Shown here one piece after another: positions 26,034 through 38,411 of a stretch of DNA of 61,956 nt (position 1 is the first letter of the stretch; the number at the start of each line of letters is the position of its first letter). The notes below the pieces were generated by a model. The model worked only from the letters and a program-made list of their open reading frames with translations, was not told the DNA's origin and made no database searches. Both the position numbers and the translations under genes were made by a program. Source of the stretch: Leucoraja ocellata (lineage: Eukaryota); the NCBI GenBank assembly GCA_036785375.1, contig JAWMAR010000058.1, positions 9,486,001 to 9,547,956 of the forward strand, in the 5' to 3' direction.

Positions 26034-26460
26034 TTCCGCCACATCTGGAGACCCTCACCCACATCTCTCAAGAAAAGGCCTGAAAATGTTATCTTCCTGC
26101 TGCTGTTAACAGTTGTGTACATGTTTATAAAAATACAGAAAATTTAGAAATTATAGTGGAGTTTCATTGAACAGCATCATACTAAACTAAAGAGTGTCAT
26201 CTGCACTGCTGCTTCACAAATCAGTGCAGCCTGTTTCTCTTCCTGCTGGGCATTAACACAAATTTATATACTTTAAATAATTTAGGTAAAGATTACTTTG
26301 CTGTCTAGCACTCTCAATCATGCACAGAAGTTTGTTTCTAACAATGTGGGAGTGATTACTCACAGTAGATTACATTGAAAGATAGTGGGTGAGAAATTCA
26401 GACTACACTTTAAAAGCTGAAGCCACTCAATGGTTCCATACAGCAATCTGTTCTTTACAG

Positions 26461-26627
26461 GTCCCAAACCTATGCAAGATGGCTGGGGTGATGAGGAAAC
26501 ATTGATGTCAGGACCTCGTCACTCTAGCTGGGAGGAGGAGGAAGGGGACTCAGTGATGTGGAACAGCAACATCTCACAAGATAGTAACTCTTCTTCAAAC
26601 TGGACATCCAAAAAGATGGCTCCAAAG
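26461..26627 (+). CDS. TNRC6A: TNRC6A exon, GPKPMQDGWG...SWEEEEGD..MWNSN...KKMAPK
   Basis: Acceptor ttctttacag, donor AAG/gtaaga; 167 nt, phase 1-0. Confidence 0.95.
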
Positions 26628-27161
26628 GTAAGATTTTTGGCAATCTTGTTACTTCAAATTATAGACATTAAAGATCTTCATGCTTGGTCACGTTATTTTT
26701 TTTAACCCTCCCGCCTTCTAACTTTACTCTCATCCTTCTGTATTCATTTGCTTTTACAAAAACAATGGATATTTATGATATCAGCAATTGTGAATTAAAT
26801 AGATGGTGATCATTTGGAAAACAGTTTCTTCTGGCTCCTCTCAGCTCGGATTGTATTTTTAAACTTTGCAGTATTACATGTTGGAGCTTCACTGCAATGT
26901 GTCCCATTTCAAACATCCCAACCTCCCTCTGAGTACCCAGTCTAATCTCAATCACACCCTTGCACACAGGTGACAAGTCAGCAAATTGGGAAGAGAAGGA
27001 AGGTGCATTCCTCATCTCAGTTACTCTTGATAACATGTGTAGCGATTATCACTGCCATGAAGATATTTTTGTTACCTCAGAAGGACTTGGAATCTGAATG
27101 TTTAGATTTTGTTTTATTTGTGACTAGCATTGCATGTGATTAGATTTTAAATGTTTTCCAG

Positions 27162-27242
27162 GGCATGATGAAAGGGGGAAATAAACAAGATGATATATGG
27201 ATGAATCAGTTAATGAAGCAATTCTCTAACATTGGATTTCCT
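27162..27242 (+). CDS. TNRC6A: TNRC6A exon, [27 protein letters not shown] (UBA-like part 1)
   Basis: Acceptor ttttccag, donor gtgagt; 81 nt, phase 0-0. Confidence 0.93.
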
Positions 27243-28059
27243 GTGAGTACAATGTAATAATTCTGCATTCTTTTCTCTTCCCCTCTCCTTCAACACCTGA
27301 CTGACAACACCATTTCAACCTTTTATTGAGTTCATTAGTGGCCAGATAATTGCCAGGAGATTTATTTTCCGTTTAAGAAGAGAATGATTATAAGGAATCA
27401 GACGAATGCCCATTATTTTCTGAGGTATTTGTTCAAATCTTGTCCCTCAGAAGAGTAGATCAAAACGCTGTGCTGTGATGGATTTTACTCTTGTTACAAA
27501 TCAAGACTCCATACAAAGTGTTTTGTGATTGGGATAGAATTGAAGGGCATGAAGTCCCAACAGGAGCAATCTACAATGTCTTATCCACCGTGGAACTGAA
27601 CGGCATTGCTGGGCACTGCTAACTAATGCAAAATTGTGTGTTACTATATCATGATCACTAAAGCTTTTTGTGCTCCATTTTCTCCACCTTCTCCTTTGGG
27701 AAAAGCTACCCTTTCCCTGGGATTTGGGGATGACACACTCTGCTCTATATGTGTTCTGCGTTATACCTTGAACTAGATGATTCCGTGTTCTTTGGCAATG
27801 CAGTGCTTTTGCGTTACATTCATTTATCCAGCTTAAGAAATTCCTCCCAATACTGATTTTGCTGCCATTAATATTTAATCAGCTGCATGCGTTCTTGACT
27901 TGGAGTTGAAAGTAATTTATTCGTAGAATTCTGTACCAGAACCCAACGACAGGACAATACTGATCCAACGGTGTCATTTACTTCTGACCATTCTACTGAT
28001 ACCAATCCCAATATTTCCAGTAAATTCTGAATATTTAAGGCGATTTCTGCTTGTTACAG

Positions 28060-28108
28060 AGGGAATCAGCTGAAGATACAAAGAGCAATAAGATGGACAT
28101 ACCTGTTG
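28060..28108 (+). CDS. TNRC6A: TNRC6A exon, RESAEDTKSNKMDIPV (UBA-like part 2)
   Basis: Acceptor ttgttacag, donor G/gtaagc; 49 nt, phase 0-1; required for frame continuity. Confidence 0.9.
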
Positions 28109-28715
28109 GTAAGCTACTGTTGCATTAAACATAAATTAATATAATGGAGTCTTGTAGCACAGAAACAGGCCCCTTGGCCCACTGTATCCATGTGACCATC
28201 AAGAATCCATCTATAGTAATACCATTTACAAGCACTTGATTGTTAATCTTCCAAGACTTAGTGATTTAAGTGCTTGTCTATATAAATGTGAGAGTACTTA
28301 CCTCTATCACCACCTTTGGCAGATTGTAACCATCCTCTAGTGGAAATTTGAATACCTCTATCGGATCTTCCTCCATTCCAAACCTAGCCTCTCCAGTATC
28401 TTTCGTAACTGAAACATTTCATACCAGGCCTTGTGCTCTTTCTTCAGTACAATTATGCCCTTCCTATATTGTGGCAACCAGAACTGCACACAATACTATT
28501 GTTGTAGCCTAACCAAAGTTTTATAGTTGTACCATAATTTTCATGCTCCTATATTCTAAACCCTGAATAATAAATTCCAGAAACCTACACCAGCTAATCT
28601 ATCCTTCACTCACAAGAAGGAATCTTTGAATCTGCATTGAATATTTGTTATATAATATCTTTAAAACAACAGTGGGTAACTCTACATCAATCTGCTGATT
28701 CTTCCCCCTTTCCAG

Positions 28716-28858
28716 GTATGCTACGAGATAAGAGAATGGAGATGGACAAGCATGGCATGAACATTGGAGAATATAATGGCATTATAGGGAAAGGTCATAC
28801 TTCTCGTCCTCAGATTTCCAAAGAGTCTTCCATGGAACGCAGTCCTTATTACGATAAG
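28716..28858 (+). CDS. TNRC6A: TNRC6A exon, [13 protein letters not shown]...[18 protein letters not shown]
   Basis: Acceptor ccctttccag, donor AAG/gttagt; 143 nt, phase 1-0. Confidence 0.95.
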
Positions 28859-29423
28859 GTTAGTATCCTCTCCATGTCCATAAAATAGAAATCGATGAAT
28901 TGATTTAAAAACACAGAAACTTTTGATGATTTGTTGGTACAAGTGAGAGAGAGCTGAGATGTTACTTTTTTATGATCCTTGGTCATCACTATGCATCGGG
29001 ATTCCCGTCGGGAAACAAGACCACAATGTAAATTGGCAACTTTCAGATAATTATGAATGGGATAAACCCCAATCCTTCGTGATGTATTGTGCACCTATTC
29101 ATATAAAAATGAGTCATTGGGTTTTGAAAGTAGATCATATACATAGACAGTGTTGTAAATGTTATTTGAGGACCACTATCACCAGCTGCAAACCAAAGTG
29201 TTTTTCATTGTGTCTTTGTTTTATGTAGTAAGCAGCCTTTTTAATGTAATTTGTTTGTATGTTATGGAGCCCCATTTGTTGCTAGCCAGCCTTTTGAATC
29301 TGTTTGTAGATCTAAAGTAGAGACTAACCCTTTGTCTTTTCTCTTGTTTCTGCCATGTCCTGCCTTTCTGCTGCTGATTGGCTTTCCATGTTTGCCTTTT
29401 CCAACCACATTGCCCTTGCCCAG

Positions 29424-29591
29424 TTGTCTCTGTCTTTGTCCAATCAAGATGGCATTATGGCTGAAGAGCCCCAAACCCTAACGCACATCTCTGCACCAAG
29501 CATGAAGCTTCCCCCTTCAAACTGTGCACTACCTAATCAGGCTCTTGGCTCAGTGGGTCTGGGCATGCAAAACTTGAATTCTGTTAGACAG
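29424..29591 (+). CDS. TNRC6A: TNRC6A exon, [15 protein letters not shown]...[12 protein letters not shown] (probable cassette)
   Basis: Acceptor cttgcccag, donor CAG/gtgagt; 168 nt, phase 0-0. Confidence 0.9.
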
Positions 29592-30134
29592 GTGAGTCAG
29601 TTCAAATCCTTCCGTGTGCTGGAAGTGAACTCTACAGTGTGTTTCAATGAAATATTTAAAGGAACTTTTGAACTACTCAATTACTTTATTGTTTTTCTTG
29701 TTCCTTCCTACCGTGTCTCAGTTATTTTTCTCACTCAAAAAAAATAGTGAGGCTGAGCCTGGTGTTGCTGCTTTAAGCTTGCAGGTTCTCGTGTGAAGAA
29801 TCTTCACATGGTCAAAATGTAATTAGAAGACTAAGAATGAATGCACACATCAGCAGGCTGCCTATAGATTCATAAAACTCTATAGCACAGAAATAGGTTG
29901 TTTGAACCATTTCCAGTTAGGATCATGACATTTAAATTGTGATTTAACAAATGGGCTCGCCGCTGATTCAATCCCAATGCACACCAATGCTCTGCATCGT
30001 ATTTCCACCAAGCTACCCTTGTAGTGTAGCTAATTTGCAGGACAAATAACATGTTCTACTTCAGCAGCAAGTCAATCTCAATCAACTGTGCATCCATGTG
30101 CGTGTATTTAGAAGCCAAGTGCCAAGTTCATGTT

Positions 30135-30327
30135 TAGGAAGGAACTACGGATGCTGGTTTACACCGAAGATAGATACAAAATGCTGCAGTAACTCAGCAG
30201 AACAGGCAGCATCTCTGGATAGAAGGAATGGGTGACGTTTCAGGTCGAGTCTGAACCCGAAACGTCACCTATTGCTTCTATCCAGTGATGCTGCCTGTTT
30301 CGACTAGTTACTCCAGCATTTGTATCT
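30135..30327. repeat. Inverted (head-to-head) pair of the Penelope-associated short repeat
   Basis: 30172-30243 pairs with about 30256-30327 (AGATACAAAATGCTG..GGTGACGTTTC versus GAAACGTCACC..CAGCATTTGTATCT). Confidence 0.8.
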
Positions 30328-32056
30328 GCCAAGTTCAACTTTGAAATGTACCAGAGGAAGGGCCGTGCACTAAATATCTAGAAATCTGTGATCCTCCACC
30401 GACCCCTATTGCATAGCATCACCCTGCATCAATCAAGATCTACAATGAGAATCAGGAAAATGTGAATCATATCTTGAGAGCTACCTCTCAGGAAAGACAG
30501 ATCAAAGTCAAAATTAAAGCACTACTGTATATATGAACAAATATGGAGGGCACTCAAAGTAATGTTGCCTCTGCAACATTCTTCAAATACATTGGCAGAA
30601 GTGAATCATTACCATATCCTCTCTCAGACTCACACCCTCAACATTGCAACCCTGATCATGCTTAGTGAGCTCCAGTGGGAAGGACACATTGTTCACCATC
30701 AGACTCCAGTAACAAACTTGCTACTTTGAACTTTGTAACAGCCTAGAGGTATGGGGAAAGCACTTCAATAGCATTCACAAGATTGACATGATTGTCTCTG
30801 CTCCAGCTCATGGCAATCCCTCAAAATGCTCAAAATAGAGCAGCTTCTGGGAAGACACTGAGCACCTTAAGATTCTGCAGTAGATGCACACTGAGGCCAC
30901 GTGCTAACAATGGAAGGAGCACACAATATTTGAATCAACAATCTACTCCATCTAATATGACCTACCCCCCACATCTCCATCCACCATTGCAAAGGCTGCA
31001 AATGACTCTTCAACCAGCTAAACATTTTCAGAGCTGATGTGGAAGAAAATCAGCCTGACCCATGTTCAGCACTGATATCATGGGCTGAAGGGCCTCTTCC
31101 TGTGCTATACTATTCTATGTTCTCTGACCCAGGGGATTACCTTAGAAACAACTACTCCATATCAATGAAAGAGTCTATTCACTCCTTTCTACTGTGGCAG
31201 CTTACGGACAGAACTGCATTCTTAATACCTTTTTCGTGCTCCTTCTGTGCACCTTTTAATTTTTTTATTTAATGTTTATCCATCTTTAGAAGTGATTATA
31301 GATCCCACCACATTTACTATTCAAAGCATGCTGGAGGTGTGAAAGGCATCCAGTTTTAAAAAAATGTGAATCGGATCTACTGTACTGTGGGGATGCATTT
31401 TGGAGTTTTTGTTATGTACTGTTAAGCTCTGCAGATCTTGATTTGTTTTCCCATAGAATATATCACAAACTGATTTTTGAGCACACCTCTCTCAGGAAAT
31501 GGCAGCACTGAAAGTAAAAAGCAATCCTTATTTATTAAAGGGAAAGTGATCTGACCTATCTAGCAGAATGAGAGGTTTTATTTTTTTCTTGGAAGGCACT
31601 GAGCACTTGTTGCAGTGGTAGGATTTTGTCTTGGTGTGACTTTTATCTTTAACCTCATATGGTTTATCCCTCCGTCTTCATTTCCACCCCACCGCCACCA
31701 CTTTCCCCAAATCATGTTTTGCTTGGCAGATGTATAATTAATTTCACATCTGAAATCACAGCAGACACTAAAGATGAATTGGTAGATTAGCGGAAATAGT
31801 TCTCACAATACATGTAGAAACTTAGAGGGGCTGCAGACTGAGGGGTGGCATACATTTATTTAATTTGGAATGTAACCCAGCTGGGAATTGCTAGCATTGG
31901 AAGTGATAGGAAAAATCTGTTGAATGTTCATCATTTAATGTATTGTTATCTTTTTCCTTTTCCCACACTTGTTATATGGCAGTCTTTGTTCCGTAAAGAT
32001 GGGATGCATTCAAAATTGTGATCTTTGCCCTGATGTCGCTTATGCTCTTGTTACAG

Positions 32057-32194
32057 AATGGCAATCCTAATATATATGGCGGCAGCAATGCAGCAGCACA
32101 AGCCAGGGGCATGCAACAGCCCCCAGCACAACCTCTTAACTCATCTCAGCCTAATCTTCGCGCTCAAGTGCCTCCTCCATTATTATCCCCTCAG
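32057..32194 (+). CDS. TNRC6A: TNRC6A exon, NGNPNIYGG...[13 protein letters not shown]
   Basis: Acceptor ttgttacag, donor CAG/gtacat; 138 nt, phase 0-0. Confidence 0.95.
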
Positions 32195-32218
32195 GTACAT
32201 AAAAACATTGATGTATTT

Positions 32219-32300
32219 TGAAGGGTCTCGACCCGAAACGTCGCCCATTCCACCTCTCCAAAATGCTGCCTGAGTTACTCCAGCTTTTTGTGTCTATCTA
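32219..32300 (+). repeat. Penelope-associated short repeat (5'-clipped hammerhead-like motif)
   Basis: GAAGGGTCTCGACCCGAAACGTCGCCC..GAGTTACTCCAGC; starts about 25 nt after an exon donor. Confidence 0.75.
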
Positions 32301-32760
32301 GTGTGTTTTTCCTGTTTTCAGGGTTTATTTCCTCTTTTGTTCTATGAGAAAATCAGCACCAAATGTTTGGTTGTGCCAAGTTTTCTAATTGCTGCTTGGT
32401 CTGGCAAGCAAATGTCCTTAATTAGTTGTGCTCTTTGTTTTTTTTTAATCTATTGCAAGATGTTCTAATTTATAAAAGAGAAAAGTGGGTTTGTAGAACC
32501 TCCAAGTAACTAAACAAACAGAAAATGTCTAACTGCTTTGTTTATATCAGCCAATCCATGGATGTTAATGATATGGCAGTACTAGACTTAATTAATCCTG
32601 CTAACTGCTCTAATTGACTCCAATAGTGATACTAAGGATGTAATGAATGGACCCATTTTGGAATGTAGTATTTTAATTGTCTGATATCACCAAAGTTTTC
32701 TGATTTTTTTTTTTTAATAATACATTTATATATACTGTAATATAAGGGCAAAATATACAC

Positions 32761-33492
32761 GGCATGAGCCTTAGTAGCATTAATGTACAGAGGTGTCTTG
32801 GGGTCCATGTCCATAACTCCCTGAAAGTAGCAACACAAGTAGATAGAGAGATAAATAAGGCAAATGGTATGCCGGCTTTCATTAGTCGGGACATTGCGTA
32901 AAAGAGTCAGGAAAGTCATGATGCATCTTCATAGGATTTTGGTTAAACCGTATTTGGAGTATTGATAACCGTATCTGATCGCCCAATACAGGAAGAATGT
33001 GGAAGCTTTGAAAAAGGTGCAGGGGGATTTTCCATAATGACACCTGGATTAGAGGGCATTAGCTACAGGTAATAGTTGGACAGACTTGAATTGCTCTCTC
33101 TGGAATGCTGGAGGTTGCTGGGCATCTGATAGAAGTATACAAAGTTATGAGAGGCAGTATAGAAGTATATAAGGTAGTCTATTTCTCAGGATGGAAATAT
33201 CAACTATTGGAGGGCATTGCTGTAAGATGAGAGGAGCAAAGTTAAGAGAGATGCATGGAGCAAGTTTTTTTACACTGAGGGTGGTGTGTGCCTGGAGTGC
33301 ATTGCTGGGAGTAGAGATTGAGGCCAATGCAATAGTGGCATTTAGGAGACTTTTGGAGATGCACATGGATATGCACAGAATGGAGGGAAACAGATTAAGT
33401 GCAGGCAGATAAGATTTGGTCATGTCATCATGTTCAGCACAGACATTGCGGGCCAAAGGGCTTGTTCCTGTGCTGTACTGTTCCATGTTCTA
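32761..33492 (+). mobile_element. CR1-like LINE 3' fragment
   Basis: Degenerate ORF2 C-terminus (FFTLRVVCAWSAL..VAFRRLLEMHM) and CTGTACTGTTCCATGTTCTA tail. Confidence 0.85.
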
Positions 33493-33895
33493 TAAGCAAA
33501 AGGGCAGATTAATTTTAGGTCACCTTTAAGGGATGTATGTTACCTCAGCCTCTCCGAAGATACAGGTGTGCCAGTATGTGGACCACGTAGGATGCTCCCC
33601 AGGTGTCACCGTTTGGTAATGTGGTAGCATCGCAATTTTATGATGCCTGGGATGGTAGATGCAAGCCACTTTAGCTGAGCCACAAGTGTTTTGGGTATAG
33701 AGAGAGGAGCAGATGGGTTCAATTCGTTTTTAACATCCATTGATCTCTGAACCAGGCATGTTCCAATTCTGTTAAACATTGTGAGCTCTCAAATATCTTC
33801 AAAAATCGCTAAAAGAGAAAGTATGTCTGAATCCAATTAATAACATCAATTTAAATCCTGCAATCCTTTAAAAAAAAAATCTTCCCTTCCAAAAG

Positions 33896-34042
33896 GTTCC
33901 AGCATCATTACTGAAGTATGCAACAGCCAACGGGAGCCTAAACACTGCACTATTGAACTTTGGCCCCCAGCAAGTGGCCATGCTGAACCAGCTCTCCCAG
34001 TTGAACCAGCTGAATCAACTTTCACAGATCTCCCAACTACAG
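33896..34042 (+). CDS. TNRC6A: TNRC6A exon, VPASLLKYA...[28 protein letters not shown]
   Basis: Acceptor cttccaaaag, donor CAG/gtagga; 147 nt, phase 0-0. Confidence 0.95.
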
Positions 34043-34655
34043 GTAGGAAATAATTTATTGTTTAAATATGTGTTTATAGAAGCTGCCAGGGTCAGTGGGT
34101 GATCACCCAGCCCACAATTAATTGAGTTTATAATACTGACGAATTGTAATGTTTATGTTGTCTGTGATGTTCAAAAGAAAGACTCTGAACTCTTGAAGTA
34201 GAATGGTAGATTTGATTTTTCTGAAGATCCTGGGTCCAAACTGTTATCTGTGTTAGCTGATCTCATGTGAGGTAGCAGTAAGGATGCTGCAGTTGGCCTA
34301 CGCACCACTTAGTTCCTCCTTGTCACTTTCAATGATTTCTGCTAGATACTTTCTTTATTGTATCAGGTGTCAATGAGAGTAACCTCACTGCAGTACCATC
34401 TGCAATTAAATTATCTCCTAATAGTTGTAAGGCAGCTGTTCATGTCACAGGAGTTTAGGACAAAGTATATTATTTTGATCTTTCCTATATTAACCTCAAT
34501 TATTTCATCACATTTATTGTTAATAAATAATGGGCTACATGAGCTGATTTCAGATCAGTGCAGATTTGCATCAAACTAGAATTTTTTCCTTGTTCCTGCA
34601 GAAAATAACCTTGCATCCTCCCAACCCTTCCTGCTTCTATTCCCTGAAGAAAATA

Positions 34656-35803
34656 CAGTGCCCTCCATAATATTTGGGACAAAGACCCATAATTTATTTA
34701 TCTGCCTCTTTGAGATTTGTAATAGAAAAAAAGCACTTGTGGTTAAAGTGCACATTGTCAGATTTTAATAAAGGTCATTTTTATACATTTTGGTTTCACC
34801 ATGTAGAAATTACAGCAGTGTTTATACATAGTGCCCCCCCCCCCCCATTTTCTGGGCACCATAATGTTTGGGACACGCAGTGTCATGTAAATGAAAGTAG
34901 TCATGTTTAGTATTTTGTTGCATATCCTTTGCATGTAATGACTGCTTGAAGTCTGCGATTCATGGACATCACCAGTTGCTGGGTGTCTTCACTGGTGATG
35001 CTCTGTCAGGCCTGTATTGCAGCCATCTTTAGCTTATGCTTGTTTTGGGGGCGAGTCCCCTTCAGTTTTCTCTTCAGCGTATAAAAGGCATGTTCAATTG
35101 GGTTCAGATCAGGTGATTGACTTGGCCATTAAGAATTGACCATTTAAGAATTGACCAAACCAGTGGTTTGCATCATGCAGTGTAGACTCTGTATTTTTAT
35201 TCATTAAGTCTTCTGCGGACTGTGGTCATTGACAAATCCACACCCGACTCCTGAAGAGTGTTTCTGATCTGTCGGACAGGTGTTTAGGGATTTTATTTTA
35301 TTATAGAGAGAATTCTTCTGTCATCAGCTGTGGAGGGCTTCCTTGGCCTACCAGTCCCTTTGTGATTAGTAAGTTCACCAGTGCTCTCTTTCTTCTTAAT
35401 GATGTTCCAAACAGTTGATTTGGGTAAGCCTAAGGTTTGGCTGATGTCTCTTAACAGTTTTATTTTGTTCCTCAGTCTCATAATGGCTTCTTTGACTTTC
35501 ATTGGCACAACTTTGGTCCTCATGTTGATAAACCGCAATAAAAGTTTCCAAAGACGATGGAAAGACTGGAGGAAAGACAAGGTGCTGAGAGCTCTCTTAT
35601 ACCTGCATTGCAGAGGATATAAACACGGCTGCAATTTCTACATAGTGAAACCAAAATGTATAAAAATACCCTTTAATAAAATCTGACAATGTGCACTTTA
35701 ACCACATATGATTTCTTCTATAACAAATCTCAAATTGTGGAGTACAGAGGCAAATAAATAAATGATGGGTCTTTGTCCCAAACATCATGGATGGAGGGCA
35801 CTA
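34656..35803 (-). mobile_element. Internally deleted Tc1-like transposon
   Basis: TA-CAGTGCCCTCCAT...ATGGAGGGCACTA-TA, with TIRs of about 175 bp. Transposase N-terminus (HTH, GTGRPRK) on the - strand at 35293-35523; the catalytic core is largely missing. Confidence 0.92.
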
Positions 35804-36400
35804 TAGCAGTGTTTAAATGTAGAGGTGAAAAATGGTCCAATAGAATAACTTTCTTCAATCTGCCTTAGGAAAGTTGTCACGCAGAAGTCAGTACTTGCCA
35901 GACAGGTGTGATTTCTCCGTGTGTATCTTTCTCCCCCTCCACCAAGGATGAAAGCTGCTCTTCTGTCAGTTCAAATCAAACAGCAATTGTATGGACCAAA
36001 CTATTGCCTGACCCATGGCAAGCTGAGAATCTGGAAAGCAATTGGAGAAAATAACACTGTACTGAAACCTAATGCTGGCCATCTGTGCAGAGTTGTCCTT
36101 CAGATATGGTCATCAGAAGAGATACTAAAGTAAGAACTGGGTGGATGAGAGCACCTATAATCATAATTACCAGGTTCCAGGAGCACAGGAAGTCCTTAAT
36201 ATTACTACCAAGTACTCTGTTTATACCAACTTCTTAACTTTCACCACAGATCAGCCCTCTTGGTCTATTGAATAAATTCCTGCTGTCCCAGAGTTTCAGT
36301 GTAAAACTGCCAAAATGTCTTCTAGCGGTTCACAATATTTTGGCCACTTTTGTTTGCTAGTTGAAGCTATTTTACATTTGATGTTCATTCTTAATATTAG

Positions 36401-36475
36401 CGACTGCTACAGCAGCAACAGAAGGCACAGAACCAGAGGAATATGTCTGGACCCATGCGTCAGTCTCAAGAACAG
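36401..36475 (+). CDS. TNRC6A: TNRC6A exon, RLLQQQQKAQNQRNMSGPMRQSQEQ
   Basis: Acceptor ttaatattag, donor CAG/gtaaca; 75 nt, phase 0-0. Confidence 0.92.
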
Positions 36476-36524
36476 GTAACATCTATAAATGTTAGTAACT
36501 TTAGAGATATCAATGTGTTGTTGA

Positions 36525-37290
36525 AATAGGCTGAGACAAATCAGACAGTTTAACCCAGATAAATGTGAAGTGATGCATTTGGGAGTACCACTGATGCTGG
36601 GACATATACAATGAATGGTCCAACGGAGTATTGGAAAACTGAGGGACCTTGGTGTAGAAATGTAATGTCCTGAAGGATATGGCATTGGTCAATAATGTAG
36701 TTAAGGTATGTGTCAAATTGGCTTTCGTTATTCATGGTTTGGAATATAAGAGCAGAGACAGTATGCTCCAAGTTTATAAACCATTGGTCAGACCTCAGCT
36801 GGAATACTATGCACTCCTTGTCACCACACTAGGGGAAGGATGGGATAGTGCTGGAGCAGATATTCACCGGGATAAAGCCTGGAATGGAACATTTCAGTTG
36901 TGTGGAGAGGCTGGCTTTGTTTGCCTAGAGCAGAGGGAGGTTAAAAAGGGGCACAATTGAGGTATACAGAATGATGAAGGGTACAGGTAGGGTATATTGT
37001 GGGAAACTATTCCCCAAATCAGAGGTGAATAAAACAAAAATATATAGATTTACGGTAGTGGGTAAACAAAATTGGAGGGAATATGAGGGGGGCCCTTTAT
37101 CACCCAGAGAGTGGTAAGAACTTGGTATGCACTGCCTGAGAGAGTGGTAGAAACATGCATTTAAGATGTGTCAATACAAGCACTTGAATTGTCTTGGCAT
37201 AGAAGGTTACTTGAAGGCGGGACTAATACAGGTGGGTGCCAAATGGTTGCCGTGGACTTAATGACCCATGCGGCCTTTTCCATGCTGTGA
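36525..37290 (+). mobile_element. CR1-like LINE 3' fragment (old)
   Basis: GLEYKSRDSMLQVYKPLVRPQLEY, a CR1 ORF2 C-terminal motif. Confidence 0.85.
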
Positions 37291-37337
37291 CTGACATTAT
37301 ATAAATGACAAAATTCACAAAGTTTCAGTAAAGCAAG

Positions 37338-37558
37338 GGAGTTTGCACGTTCTCCCTGTAACTGTGTGGGTTTCCTCTGGGTGTTCGGGTTTCAATCCAC
37401 ATCCCAAAGACGTCTGGGTGTGTAAGTTAATTGGCCCTCTAAATTGCCACTGGTGTGTAGGGAATAGATGAAAAAATGGAATAACAGAACTAGAGAGAAC
37501 GTGTGATCAATGGTCAACGTGGGCTAAAGGGCCTGTTTCCACGCCGTATCTCTCTAAA
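37338..37558 (+). mobile_element. 5'-truncated HE1/V-SINE-like element, followed by a short-repeat remnant to about 37655
   Basis: GGAGTTTGCACGTTCTCCC..GTGGGTTTCC..CCCAAAGACG..GGGCCTGTTTCC..TATCTCTCTAAAC. Confidence 0.8.
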
Positions 37559-38206
37559 CATCTCTTCAGTCGGAACTTGGATCATGACCCAAAACATCAC
37601 CAATGTTCTCCAAAAATGCTGCCTAACCTGTTGAGTTGCTCCAGCACTTTCTGTCTCTCATCAGGATACCCTGCTCAATATACGTTTTATGATTTGATGT
37701 ATTGATTCTGGAGTGGCAGTGGGATAGTAATTTGCATTGGTCTTGAGTTGATGGGGTAGCTGGATTAGACTTGCTTTGGGGGAATGATAGCTGCACTAAA
37801 CCCATTAGAAGGTAATTGTCCTGGTCCTGCACCACTGCGTGGAACACGTAAAAACTCAGCGCCCAAAAACACTGCTGTGTCTGCCCAGACATGATATAAT
37901 GAATCCTATTGATGTGTATGGTGGCATCAATGCTTGATTGAAAGCTTCTAGAGAAAATACTTCAGTTATCTCTAATGATCCAGGCTTGAATTACCCACCG
38001 ATCAATTCACCATCAGCTTAATTAAAAAGAGATGTGATTACGCTGTAACAGCAGAAGAAAATGTAATTGTGTGGTTTTGGGAATGTCAGTGTTTGTATTG
38101 CTGATCTTTAATGTGAGAAGGGGCAAACAGTGATTCCCATTAAATGTGAACTTAACTTTGAAATGTAATCACCTTAAATGCATGTTTATCTTCCCTGTAT
38201 GTTCAG

Positions 38207-38411
38207 GCTGCTCGTGTACTCAACATGCAACAGATGCTGCAAAATCCCCGTCAACTGGATTCAAGCCTTCTGAAGCAGCAGTCTTCGTCACAGCAGCAAC
38301 CAATGCATCAGTCCTCCATGAAGCCCTTCCCGGAGAATCTCATGCCCCCTTCCCCCCACGAGCTGCAGACAAAAGAGCCGCCGCTCAACTCATACAGCAG
38401 CTACCCTCTAG
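38207..38411 (+). CDS. TNRC6A: TNRC6A exon, AARVLNMQQMLQNPRQLD...SYPL (possible extension to 38642)
   Basis: Acceptor gtatgttcag, donor AG/gtgggt; 205 nt, phase 0-1. Confidence 0.9.

Noticed and set aside
29445-29450. Acceptor immediately before DGI, as in the human protein
   Set aside because: The sequence is CAA GAT. The AG here would shift the frame, so the upstream CAG at 29421-29423 was used.
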